From: Chiloscyllium plagiosum
Taxonomy: Eukaryota
NCBI RefSeq assembly: GCF_004010195.1
Contig: NC_057718.1
Location: forward strand, 31,178,839 to 31,231,523
Direction: 5' to 3'
Length of the DNA: 52,685 nt
Shown here: piece after piece, positions 1 to 11,554 of the stretch
Layout: every line of letters begins with the position of its first letter
Numbering within the stretch: the first letter of the stretch is position 1
Position numbers and translations under genes: made by a program
Notes under the pieces: model-generated
Told to the model about the DNA's origin: nothing
The model's database searches: none
The model's input: the letters and a program-made list of their open reading frames with translations, nothing else

Positions 1-73
1 CCTGACCTGCTGTGCTGTTCCAGCAATAAAGTTTCAACTTTGATCTCCAGCATCTGCAGACCTCACTTTCTCC
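1..73 (+). mobile_element. 3' end of Penelope-like pseudo-LTR (family A), truncated by window start
   Basis: cctgacctgctg...tccagcatctgcagacctcactttctcc matches the long arm ends of the copies at 29045-29116 and (reverse) 52010-52085. Confidence 0.85.
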
Positions 74-370
74 CCAGAGAACAGCCAGGGAATTCCTAGA
101 GGCATGGCATTCATCCACAAACTCCATCAACAAACACATCGACCTAGACCCAATATACCAACCACTACAGCGGACAGCTGAAACTGACAACCGGAAGCGG
201 CAGGGACAGACCACTATAAACACCGGAGGAAACATCAAAGAAGGAGGCTCCCAAGCACAGATGATGTCGCCTAGCCAGGGGACGAAACGTTTGCAACAAA
301 AACTTCCAGCTCGGCGAACAGAACCACAACAACGAGCACCCGAGCTACAAATCTTCGCACAAACTTTGAA
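74..370 (+). mobile_element. Penelope/Poseidon-type PLE 3' fragment (C-terminus of GIY-YIG endonuclease plus pLTR)
   Basis: Translates QRTAREFLEAWHSSTNSINKHIDLDPIYQPL, typical of a PLE endonuclease C-terminus; followed by a hammerhead-like motif; CpGs retained. Confidence 0.8.
255..294 (+). ncRNA. Minimal type I hammerhead ribozyme motif, core mutated (CAGAUGA instead of CUGAUGA)
   Basis: GCA-CAGATGA-T-GTC..GAC-GAAACGTT-TGC: stem I GCA/UGC, stem II GUC/GAC, palindromic ACGU stem III. Confidence 0.7.
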
Positions 371-925
371 AATTCTTGACTCCCAATTCCTTCCTCCATT
401 TTGAAATTCTCACCCCTAAATTGCTCTTTACAATTTACCTTGTTTTGTGACATCATATAATGATAAACATGAGTGCCAATCCATTCAACTGCTATAGTCC
501 TGATCAAGTAACAAAATTGTTGAATTAGCTGTACTGCATTCCATTCTATGAGTTATGAGTGTCTTTCTACTTTGTAACACCAGGGCTCAGTGGTTCAATT
601 TTTTGCCAAACCACTTGTAGTAACTTAACGATTCACTTGTCCAAATGTAACCGGAAAATTATTGCCTGCTTTAAAATTTGGATAAAATTTCACGTCATTA
701 TTATGATGGCCCCTGGGTTTTGTGACCTGCCAGATTTGTACTGATCATATGCAATTACCAAGTGTGACTATTTGTGTGAATACAGAAGTATAATTATGTA
801 TTAGGTGAAGTAAAAACTGGAAGATATTAAACTGTTTTGATATTTATCTGGAATAAAACAGGTTTATTGCCCCTAATTTCTGGAACATCTGTCTTTGGGA
901 TAGATGATAGGGCCTCTGTGCTTAT

Positions 926-940
926 GGTTGCCAAGCAACC
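926..940. promoter_or_regulatory. RFX X-box-like motif
   Basis: GGTTGCCAAGCAACC fits GTNRCC(N0-3)RGYAAC, in non-repeat sequence; function not shown. Confidence 0.4.
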
Positions 941-1256
941 CTGGCTGGATTTGACTTTTGCTTCAAACGTTGGATTCAGAAAGAATGTATAACAAGAAGC
1001 AGCAGTAAGGTTCCAAAAAATTCTCTTTCTCCCCTTGCTCGGGTTGAAATTTGGGAGCTCGATAAAGCCCTCTCCTAAGTATTTTGACTAACTTACAAAC
1101 CCAAAGCTAAAACTTTGTTTAAAAGATGTTCCATTGGTATATGATTTGATCTGTCAATAAGAAACTCAGTAGACTATGAGAATTCATCAACATCTATTTG
1201 ATTTACAGATCATTGGGCAATAGCGTTTTTTTCCGTTTATAAAAAATATAATCTTC

Positions 1257-1570
1257 GGCGGCACAGTGGCACAGTGGTTAGCACTGCTGCCTCACAGCGC
1301 CAGAGACCCGGGTTCAATTCCCGCCTCAGGCGACTGACTGTGTGGAGTTTGCACGTTCTCCCAGTGTCTGCGAGGATTTCCTCTGGGTGCTCCGGTTTCC
1401 TCCCACAGTCCAAAGATGTGCAGGTCAGGGGAATTGGCCATGCTAAATTGCCCGTAGTGTTAGATAAGGTGTAAATGTAGGGGTATGGGTGGGTTGCGCT
1501 TCGGCGGGTCGCTGTGGACTTGTTGGGCCGAAAGGGCCTGTTTCCACACTGTAATGTAATCTAATCTAAA
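1257..1570 (+). mobile_element. HE1-type V-SINE, full length
   Basis: tRNA-like head with A box (tggcacagtgg) and B box (gggttcaattccc), V-domain (gtggagtttgcacgttctccc..ctccggtttcctcccacagtccaaagatgtgcagg), HER1-like 3' end gggcctgtttccacactg and (taatc)n tail; ataatct on both flanks. Confidence 0.93.
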
Positions 1571-2174
1571 ATAATCTCTGCAGCACCCTTGCTCAATCAT
1601 GTGAACGTGTGTTTGTTTGGGTTTAAATGGTGATGTGGTTTCAAATCAGAATTATACTTTCGAGGTCAATCATCTTTGCCACTTGTTTTAAGAATAAACT
1701 CTATTATAATAAATGGATTATTTTTAGTTTAATAAAGAGCCCTATTGGACACCTGTTTAAATCTGGATAGAAGGGGGAACAATTGGCCATTTTGATTGAA
1801 TTGGAACATTCATACTACGGTATAACTTGTAGAGTACTGAAGCTTGTAGCACACTCCTCCCATCATAGTTGTCACACAATGACCTTTCTCTTTCTCCACA
1901 GTTTCATGCTGATACTTTATCTTTCATGTTGGTCTCATACTGTTGGTGTCTCTTATTCTCTGTTTCAAGGTCACATCCCTTCTCTTTCTTCTTCTGCTCT
2001 TCTCTATATAGTTCACGAATGCTGGAACATAAATGCTTACAAAGATGCCAATCATTTAAAGTGAAGATGAAATTATTTTGTTTTGAATACATTTTGAAGT
2101 TTTGGGTTTTGCCAGATACATTCCTGCATGCTTGAGAACCCTAAATGTAAGTATAGTGCACATATGCACCAGTA

Positions 2175-3030
2175 TTTGTTTGTAGGATGTTATTGTAAGC
2201 AAGGTCAGTATTTGTGGCCTCTGAGAGGATGATGGTGAACCATGTTGTTGGATCATTGCAGTCAGTTTTATGTAGTTCTGCCACAGAAGAATAATGTTCC
2301 AGGATGTTGATCAAGCAAGAGTTTGACAGTGAAGGAATAATTGTAAAGTTGCAAGTCAAGTTGGTATGTATGACTCGGAGGGAACTTTCTAGCTGATGGT
2401 TTTTACATGCGTCTGCTACCTTTATCCCTTCCTGCAGTAATGTTTGTAGATGTTGAAGGTGTTAGTGAAAGAGGCTTTCTGAGTTGCCAAAATGCATCAT
2501 TTACATTTATACATAACTGTCAGTGTGTAACAATCCATTGAAGGAGTGAATGTTTAAGGTGCTGATTAAGCAGGCTGCTTTATGTCGGATGGTGCTAAGC
2601 TTCTTGAAAGTTGCTGGAGCTGCATACGTCTAGGCAATTGGAGGGTATTACATCACAGTCTTGGTTTGTGCCTTATAAATGGCAGAATAGGCTTTGGAAA
2701 ATCACTGCTTGCTGCAGAATTCCAGTAGCCAGACCTGCTCTTCCAGCTATAGTATATATATGACTGACATTTAAGTTTTGGTCAATGCTAACACCTTGGA
2801 TCTTCATGATAGCAGTAATGGCAATGCCTTTACATGTGAAGGGAAGATGATTGAATTCTGTCTTGACTGAGATGGCCATGGCCTGGAACTGAGTTGAATA
2901 TTACATGCCAATTACAAGCCTGACTCTGAATATTGTCCAGATCTGCTGCATGTGAGCAGTCAATACTAATTGTGAATAATACTGACCTCTGCATTCATCT
3001 GTGAGTGCCTCCACTTCTTATTTTATGACA
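2175..3030 (-). mobile_element. Degraded non-LTR LINE 3' part (RTE-X/CR1-Zenon-like family)
   Basis: Homologous to 18165-18830 (-) and 43345-44035 (+); ORF on - reads KIQGVSIDQNLN..HI..IAGRAGLATGIL, a post-RT LINE motif. Confidence 0.7.
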
Positions 3031-3459
3031 GAGAGAAGACCTTTGGGGTTATCCAGATTGACTGCTGTACCTTTGGTGGAGATCAGCAGAAACCCTAGAT
3101 AAAACTATTTATGAGTGTTTGTTAATATTATGGCTGTTCAGTACAACCCTTAAGAAAATTTGTAGTTCACATGTCCATTCAATTTGCTTCCAAGATCCAT
3201 TCTTAGGAAATAGATCTCTATTTTTATGGCACTAAACAGCTTGTTAACTGTTTGGTTATAATATTGCTCATCTTGCTCTGGTAGATCTCACAATAATCAT
3301 TGGAGCGTTAATGATGGAGTCTTGGGATTTTTCAAGAATCAATTTGAAGAATCTGATTTTTTTAACCCATACTGTATCCTGTTTGTTTGTGGGGTATGTG
3401 GAATATTCTTGAAGACATTATCAGTGGTACATTGAAGACATTATCAGTGCATCTTCTCT

Positions 3460-4440
3460 CTTGTCCAGAAGTGGAAAATTTAATCAATTTTACTTTCAGT
3501 ATCCGTTGCTCCCACCTTCACCTGGCCCATCTCTGACTATTCCCTTCCTTCCTTGGCTTCTCTGTTTCTATTTCTGTGGATAGGCTGATCATCAATATCC
3601 ATTACAAACTCATTGACTCCCATTGTTATCTTGACTATACATCCTCACATCCTGCTTCCTTTATTCCATTCTCCCAGTTACTTTGTCTCTGTCATATCTG
3701 CTCTGGTGATGCCACCTTCGACAAGGGAGCCTCAGAAATGTCCATCTTCTTCTTCAACTGAGGATTCCCCACCACCATAGTTGACATGACCCTCAGCCTG
3801 GACTGATTCATCTCCTGCACTTTGGCTCTCACTCCCTCTCTTCCCTTCCACAAAGTGTTAGGGCCCTCCACATCTCACCTAACATCCCACCAACATCCAC
3901 ATCCAAAGGATCATTAGCCACCATCTCTGGTGAGATGCCACCACCAGATACATATTTCCCACCCATCCCTTGTCAGCCTTTCACAAGGACCATTCCCTCC
4001 AGGACACCCTAGTCCACTTCTCCTGCATTCCCAAGCCTCTTCATGCTTGGGTGTAACCCCTGCCCAAGTACTTCCTCCCTCTTCACTATCCAAAGTCCCA
4101 GACACATCTTTCAGGGTGAAGCAATGATTTATCTGCACTTGACTCAGTCTGCTGCATTCACTGGTCAAAATGTCATTTCCTCCACATTGGGGTACCAAAA
4201 TGCAGACTGGGTGACCTCCTTGCAGAACACTTGTGTTCTGTCAGCAAAAATGACCCTGACCTTCGGTCTGTCTGCCATTTCACCACACCACTGGGTTCCC
4301 TGGCCAACATGTCTGTCTTGGGCTTGCTACAGTACTCTAGCGAAGCTCAGTGCATGCTGGAGTAACAACACTTCATTTTTCACTTGAGAACTCTGCAACC
4401 TTCTGGATTCAATATCAAGTTCAATAATTTTAGGGACTGA
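3460..4440 (+). mobile_element. Degraded Neptune-type PLE (RT C-terminus, linker, GIY-YIG)
   Basis: DRLIINIHYKLIDSHCYLDYTSSHP..IPFSQLL.L..ICS (PLE RT thumb); decayed YIGET.R.LGDR.AEH at ~4180-4230; many stops and frameshifts. Confidence 0.85.
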
Positions 4441-5421
4441 GCACCTTCTCTAAGGCAGAAGATGGGAAATTATAGGCCAGTTAGCCTGACCTTGGACACT
4501 GGGAAGATTTTAGAGTATATTATTAAGGAGGAAATTGTGGAGCACTTGGTAGTGCATAGGAAAATAGAGCTGGGTCAGAATGGTTTCATCAAAAGGAGGT
4601 CATGCATGTCAAATCTGTTATAATTCTTTGAGAAGGTAACAAAGAATTTCGACAAAGGATAAGCGGTGGATGTATCTGATTGGATTTCCAGATGCTGCTT
4701 GGGAGGCTTCTGAATAGGTTAAGAGCCCAAGGTGCTATAGGCAAGGTGCTGGCATGGATTGAGAATGGCTGACTGGCAGAAGGCAGAGAGTGGGGACAAA
4801 GGAGTCTTTTATAGGATAGAGGACAATGCCGAGTAGAGTTCTTAGGAATCAGTATTGGGACCACAAATATTCACATCATATAATAACTATCTGGAGAAAG
4901 GAACTGAGGGCGTTGTTTGTCAGTTTGCAGATGACACAAGATAGGTTGAGAAGGCAGGAAGACTGCAGAAAGACTTGGACAGTAGGTAAAGAATTAGCAG
5001 ATGGAATATAACATGGGAAAGTATGAGGTTAGGCATTTTGATGGGACTAACTTAAGGCATTGATTATTTTCTAAATAGGAAAAATGTCAGAAATCTGAAG
5101 CACAAAAGGACCTAGGAGTCCTAGTTAACAATTCTCTAAAGATTACCATGCAGCTTCAGTTGACAGTTAGGCGGGCCAATGCAATGTTAGCATTAATTTT
5201 GAGAGGGTTAGAATTCAAGAGCAAGAATGTACTGCTGAGACTGTATAATGCTCTGGTAAAACCGCATTTGTAACATTGTGAGTAGTTTTGGGCCCTGTAG
5301 CTAAGGAAGCATGTGCTGACATTGAGGAGGTCCAGAGGAGGTTTACAAGAATGATCCCAAGATGAAGGGCTTGTCATATGAGAAATGGTTGAGGACACTG
5401 TGTCTGTACCCAATGGAGTTT

Positions 5422-5955
5422 AATGAATGAATTGTTTTATTGTCACTTTTATTTTACAGTGAAAAATACCGAAAAATACAGAGAAAAGTTTCCATTGTTG
5501 CCATGATCCGGCACCATTTTGAATAGTTTAAAAATATTAAAAGATAAAAAAAGGCTTTAAGAGAGTACACAACCTTCTGTCACTGCTTCCCTGCCTCTAG
5601 CGGACCCTACCAATGTTGACGTCACCTCTCCTCAGTCGCCATCGTTTGCCACCCTGCCTACCTTGCCAATGTCACCTCCACCAATGCAGAATCCTGTGCT
5701 CGCCCCTCTGCTAGCAACCTCCTTACCACTATCCGCCAGAGTCCCACTCCAGGCTCACTAGCTGTCGCTGTGCTCTGGACCCTGATAAAGCTTCTACCTT
5801 TCTAATTGATGCCATTGTATCCAATGCTGACATGATCGAGCCTTCCACAGAAGGCAATTAAAAGCAAAAACTAAAAAGAAAACAAAATGAGAAAAAAAAG
5901 AAAAGCGGATGGAGTGGATGATCCCCGGGCCCAGCACACTGCCTTTTCTGCCACC
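5422..5955 (-). mobile_element. Non-autonomous retroposon inserted in CR1; gtgacaataaa..(attc)n tail (Rex1/Babar-like 3' end)
   Basis: Interrupts CR1 gagttta|gaagaatg with ttta on both sides; reverse strand ends tttcactgtaaaataaaagtgacaataaaacaattcattcatt. Confidence 0.55.
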
Positions 5956-6132
5956 TTTAGAAGAATGAACGGTGATCTGACTGAAATTAAGAGGACTGAG
6001 AGGTAAAGGTGGAGTGGATGTAGAGAAAATGTAGTCCCATTAGTAGGAAGGGCTAGGACTCAAAGGCACAGCCTCAGAGTGAAGGGATGATCCTTTAGAA
6101 TTGAAATGAGGAGGAATTTCTTCAACCAGAGG

Positions 6133-6317
6133 ATGCTCAATAAAATGTGGAACTGGAAAAAGCACAGCAGGTCAAGCAGCATCAGCAGAGTAGGGGAGTC
6201 AACGTTTCAGGTAGGACCCTTCAGGGGTCTTCTGATGCTACTTGACCTGCTGTACATTTTCCAGCTCCACATTTTATCAACTCTGACTTCCAACGTCTGC
6301 AGTTCTTACTAGTTCCA
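6133..6317. mobile_element. Fold-back PLE pLTR mini-element (family A relative), diverged
   Basis: Inverted arms ataaaatgtggaactggaaaa..cagcaggtcaagcagcatcag / ctgatgctacttgacctgctg..ttccagctccacattttat; TSD ttcaaccagagg (6121-6132) / ttcagccagagg (6318-6329). Confidence 0.8.
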
Positions 6318-6389
6318 TTCAGCCAGAGGTTGGTGAATCTGAGGAACTCATTGTCACAGAAGGCTGTGCAAGCCAAGTAATCGGGTGCC

Positions 6390-6590
6390 TCCATGGTCTT
6401 TTACCCTTCAGCTCTATAATATCCTTCAATGATACAATCAAAACTATCCAGATCCCTTCTACATTCTTTTTGATTTTGAACCCAATCTCATATTATTTCC
6501 TTCCTGCTACACTTCCTTCTTTAAGATCCTTCTTTAAAGATCATCTATTGACAAAGCTTTTGGTTTCCTTTTCATTTTTCTTGTTTGCTT
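6390..6590 (+). mobile_element. L2 LINE 3' tail, degraded
   Basis: ccttcagc...cttctttaagatccttctttaaagatcatctattgacaaagcttttggt resembles L2 3' end; compare reverse of 10190-10300. Confidence 0.5.
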
Positions 6591-6994
6591 CGCTATCAAT
6601 TTTGTTGTATTTTTCGTTAATTGACAATTTGATGACAGGCTACTAACTTGGTTCTTCAAACAGTTCAGCTCCAATCAACCTTGACCAGTCAAATTATTTG
6701 CTGCTTCAGTCATTCAATAAACTGACAGAGTCTATCAATCATAGTTTGAATGAAATTATTTTGACCTCATTTTCATGTCTTGGTTGATTAACTGAAGCCA
6801 TTGCAATTGGAAAATTGTACATGACAAAAAAATGGATAGAAACTTTGAAAGTTGGGTCTGCATCTAATCTGCATCCAACTTGTCAGTCATTAGTGCACAC
6901 TTTATATGCCAAACGTATGAATTATCAATTGTAAAATCTAGTTGCGCTAGGAATTTAAAATTGTACCACAAAGAATATTAACAGCTCTTAAGAC

Positions 6995-7450
6995 TCTTGT
7001 GGTAGTGTGGTAAAAACAATGACTGCAGATGCTGGAAACCAGATTCTGGATTAGTGGTGCTGGAAGAGCACAGTAATTCAGGCAGCATCCGAGGACAGGC
7101 AAAATCGACGTTTTGGGCAAAAGCCCTTCATCAGGAATAAAGGCAGAGAGCTTGAAGCATGGAGAGATAAGCTAGCAGGGCAGAGGAAATGACCTGGGAG
7201 TTGCAGTGGGAGAGAGACTCCCTGAGATTCTTGTAGAGAGAGGAGGAAAACTTCTTCAAGGCAGGCATCCTTGCAAGAGGATTCGCAGTAGGGTTAAAAT
7301 CAACGAGGTAAAAACAATGACTGCAGATGCTGGAAACCAGATTCTTGTGGTAGTGTCCCTACCTCTGAGCCAGGATACCTGGATTCAAGTCCCACCTACT
7401 TCAGAGATATATAATAAATTTCTGAACAGGATGATTAGAAAATATCTATT
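6995..7450 (+). mobile_element. Short tRNA-derived SINE split by a PLE insertion
   Basis: gtggtagtgtccctacctctgagccagga..ttcaagtcccacct..gattagaaaatatcta; same family as 34608-34830 (-). Confidence 0.7.
7009..7345 (-). mobile_element. Internally deleted PLE with 39-bp direct terminal repeats and hammerhead relic
   Basis: Direct repeat ggtaaaaacaatgactgcagatgctggaaaccagattct at 7009-7047 and 7307-7345; TSD tcttgtggtagtgt 6995-7008/7343-7356; - strand cctgatgaagggcttttgcccaaaacgtcga. Confidence 0.88.
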
Positions 7451-7494
7451 AACAGGTCTTGAGTGCATGAATTAAATTTGTCTGTAATCAAGAA

Positions 7495-7975
7495 ATGAAA
7501 GAGAGAGAGGAATTTGAGAGAAATACATTTGGCAGGGAAATGGCAGTGAACAAATTATTGGAGTTGAAGCTGACAATTTGTGAACCCTAATGAAATTCAT
7601 CCTAGGATCCTAAAAATAGTGGAGAGTGACATACTGGATGCATTGGTTTTCATTTTCCAAAATTCCACAGATTTAGGGGATGTTCCATTTCTTTGGAAAA
7701 TAGCAAATATAACTCTTATTAAAAAGGAAAGGGAGAAGAAAAGCAAGAAACTTCAGGCAGTGGCTTAACATCTTTCATAGGGAAGATGTTAGAAGCTATG
7801 ATTAAAGTTGTTATAACAGAGCTCTTAGAAACTTTCAAGGTAATCAGGCAGACTCAACATGGTTTTGTGAGGGGGAAATTTGTTTAATCAATTTATTATA
7901 AATCTTTGAGGAAGTAACATATGCTGTGGATAAAGGCGAATTGGTGATTGTACTATATTTAGATTTCCAGAGGTG
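7495..7975 (+). mobile_element. CR1 LINE ORF2 fragment
   Basis: PNEIHPRILK..ALVFIFQNS.D.G.VP..WKIANIT..KK; caacatggttttgtga (QHGF); tatttagatttccag (YLDF). Confidence 0.85.
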
Positions 7976-8774
7976 CAGAGATGACACCGATAGATATGTA
8001 TGTTGATATGTACTAAACTCTGTGTTTCCTTCAGCATTATAATATAGTTCAGACTGTTAAAACTTATTGACATATTAATCTGGAGATTAATGTTTGGCCA
8101 TGTTCATGCACACCTATATATAAAATGACTCGATGCACTGCTTTAACTGGAGCATTATCTTAAGTAATATAAAGAAGTTGATTCCTCATTTAAAGCAGGA
8201 GAAGACCATCATGAAAACAGGAAAGCATTTATATATTGGTAATGCATTTTAGAATTTATAGACTTTTGTGTTTATTCTGCCTTTCTTGAAATGGCAATAC
8301 CATTGGGAATAATGCTTCTTATTTCTTGCATGTTAGGAGTATTTTAGAGGATATTGTAATGATCAGATATCTTCGTTTAAATTGTTTGAGGGGAGAGATA
8401 ACTTTAAAAACATACCTTCATGGCTAGGAGCCTTGCCATAATAGTCTATTTGAAATTACAGTGTATGCTGCTCATGAATTTTCAAACATTTACAGATTAT
8501 TATTTATTGATAATTTGTAGACAGTGTTTGCTCAAATTTCCAATGTACTTTGGTAGGAGCGGGGTGAGACGTCTCACTAACAGTGCAAAATGAAAATAGC
8601 TTCTTTAAAAGTTGTCTTGAAGTGAGAATCTTCAAGCTACTTGTCAACTGCTTTATTGTAGTATTATATTCCTCCTTGGACACAAACTATTTCAACTATT
8701 TTCCTTTCAAAAAATACTGAAAATAATGAGAACATTCATCACGCTAAATGTGCTATCCAATATAACATTACCCT

Positions 8775-8850
8775 TCTGAAAGGCAATTAGGAGTGGGCAA
8801 TAAATGCTAGCTCTAGTCAGCTGGCTCATATCCTGGGAACAAAAAAAAAG
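8775..8850 (+). mobile_element. Isolated LINE/SINE 3' tail
   Basis: ggcaattaggagtgggcaataaatgctag..catatcctg + A tail, same as ends at 28165-28238 and 51145-51195. Confidence 0.7.
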
Positions 8851-10169
8851 TAACCCAATTATCAAGTTTGTTTCTATTAAAATCTCTTCCAATAACAACG
8901 AGCTTGCAGCACTTTAGTTGAAACATGAGAACCAGAAATTCATGACACGGCAATCCAAGTAAACAGTTTGAAATGCAAACTATTACCTACAGCATGTTAC
9001 TGTGCTTTTGGACTCCTGCGCCTGTTGACTACATATTGAATAAGACATTAAATCAAATTTCACCTTTGTTTCATTTTAATAAAACTAGTCATAAAACAGC
9101 AGGGTTCAGTTTTAGGTTTTTATTGCAAACCTGAATTGTGCGCAGGTTTCTACCAGTCACACATAAGTAATATTATTAATGGTGCAGATATTGAATGTAC
9201 AGGGAGATCAAAGGTACAGCCTCAGTAAGGTCATTGCTGTCCTGTCCCAGACAAAATCCTAAATATCTTCTTAGCTTAATTTGGCAGAATGTACCTCCAA
9301 ATTAATATTTAAGCTATATTATTGCTTAATTAAACATTACATTTTAAAAAAAAGTCTTCTTTACTAATTCCTGGATGTTTAGTTTCCCAGATTATGCACT
9401 TTATTGAAAGTGTTGCAAATACGCAGCCCTTAACATTAATCCCAAAATCTGTGGTTTGTTTTTATCTTACCAATCAGTTTCAGCACTGGTGGACCAGAGT
9501 AAAAACTACAACTTGTTGTGGAACATAGTGTTCTACATAAGATTAAAGGGAGATATCTGAATGCAATGCCAGAATAGTTCTAATCACTGCTCACTTTGCT
9601 GACCCCGAAGTTCTGATCATGACAGTGGAAATTCTACACAGTCTGATCAATTCCAGGGAGTGATTTTTTGTAGCAGGTGTAATGAATAACATACTTTTCC
9701 TTATATTCATATGATAAAACAAGTTATAAAGTTATTTAAAGCAAAGAAAACCCAAATAAATCAGAATGTCCAGGTGAGGGCTGTTCCTATCAAGTTTTCT
9801 CTTTGAGTGTACAAATCGTTGTCATTTGTCATACAGTATTAGTTTATTTTGTTGGCAGCCTATGTGACTAAGTTATTATTTGACCCAGATTTTAACAGTC
9901 AAAAAAAAACCCAGGAACACACTGGAACAAATTTCAACATACTGAGATCAATACATGAGACTAGATGTGCGTGAGACCCAGTGATTCAACACAGGAGACT
10001 ACCTGTAGAGTTCAAAAGAAATGTTGTTGAAATGTCTTTACTTTAAAAAGAAATGAACAGGCCTGTTGGAATTCCAGCCAGAGTGTCATCTACATGCTAG
10101 ATTCCAAATACAATGCTGCAATGCCAGTGAAAACTGTAACAGTCCCTACAACAGAATTATAAACTGAAC

Positions 10170-11045
10170 ACATAAGGAGATAATAAGACAGTTGATCAAA
10201 AGCTCACTCAAATCGATAGATTTTAAGGAGTGTCTTAAAGCAAAAAGCATGATAGAGAGCTGGAGAGTATTTGAGGCATAGGCAGCTGAAAGCACAAACT
10301 GTGTTCATGGAGCAATTAAATTTGGAGCTATGTAGGAGACCAGAATCGGAGGAAGGTACGTATTTTGAAGGGTTGTGAAGATGGATGAGATTATGGGAGA
10401 CAGTAAAGAATGGGAGAGGATAGGGATTTGAAAAATACGGTGAGAATTTTAAAATCAAAACTTTGCTTGACTGAGAGTTAATGTAGATCATTGACCAGAA
10501 AGGTTATCAGGGAAAGGACAGGCTTATGTTAAGACACAAATCACAGAGTTTTGAATAATCTATGGTTTATGGAGTGTAGAATGTGCAAGCAGCTAGTAAT
10601 ATGTTGGAATATTTTAGACATAAAGGCATGAATGGTGGTTTTGACAGAATGGGAGGTAAGATAGATGAAAAGCTGGGAAGTTTACAAAGATCAAAATGAG
10701 TGATCTTAAAACTGGCATGAGTATGAGTTTGAAAGGTCATTTTGAAATCAAATGTGATATAATATTGTAGGCAGACTGGCTTAACCTCAGACTGTTGCCA
10801 AGGAGAATTTGGAGTTCATAACCAAGAAATGAAATTTGGAACAGGGACTGAAAACACTGGCTTCAGTCTTCCTGATATTTAGTTGCAAGAGACTAATGCT
10901 CATCCAGTACTAGGTATTGGATGAGTAGTCTGATAATTTGATAATAATGTTCGAGCTGAGAGCGGTGGTAGTGAGGTAGGATTGGGGATCATCAACATAA
11001 CTGTGATAACTCATATGGTGCCTTTGGATGGTGTTGCTGATGTTT
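10170..11045 (-). mobile_element. L2 LINE 3' fragment (RT YADD to 3' end)
   Basis: - strand IQRHHMSYHSYVDDPQSYLTT (FHMYADDTQLYL-like); later SSDSGLL...AFSCL...FKTLLK.YRFE typical of the L2 C-terminus. Confidence 0.82.
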
Positions 11046-11554
11046 TGTTTATGTGGCTGCATAATGATAATGCTTCTATACAAAAGTTCCTGCTTTTGGA
11101 CAGATGCTTTCCATTCGGTGGCAATTTTCAATTTCTCAGATTATGATCCCATGGAATGATGTAAACTACAACATATAACAGAGATGAAAGATAAAACAAA
11201 GAATTGTAGAACTACAAATGTGCAGACTTTCTGGCAACGATGAGGTTAGTGATGTCTGTGAATTTTGCATTTTTGTGTGCAATCTTGCCATTGCATTTAT
11301 ATATTTTTTAAAAAGTTCTACATTATATAATGCCTTCATGGTCATAAAGCAACCTAAGGTACTTTACAGCCAAGAAAGTAATTTTGAAATATAGGCATTC
11401 ATGGAAAAATAGGATATACAGCAACCAAAATATGCAGAGTAAATACCCTTAAGCATCATTTGACAATTGCCAGTAAACTGTTCAAGTGATGTTGATTAAG
11501 AGACCAATGTTGGCCTCGGTACTGGCCATAACTTTTCTACTCATCTTCAAAATA

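Larger units (their letters stand above)
4455..6390 (+). mobile_element. CR1 LINE ORF2 RT/3' fragment, interrupted by two insertions
   Basis: gggaaattataggccagttagcctgac (NYRPVSL), catgcatgtcaaatctg, agtttgcagatgacacaa (FADDT), and CR1 3' motifs gaaatgaggaggaatttcttc..gtgaatct. Confidence 0.88.

Noticed and set aside
1257..1330. tRNA-like sequence (also 15410, 27885, 50435)
   Set aside because: SINE heads continuing into SINE bodies; no complete cloverleaf
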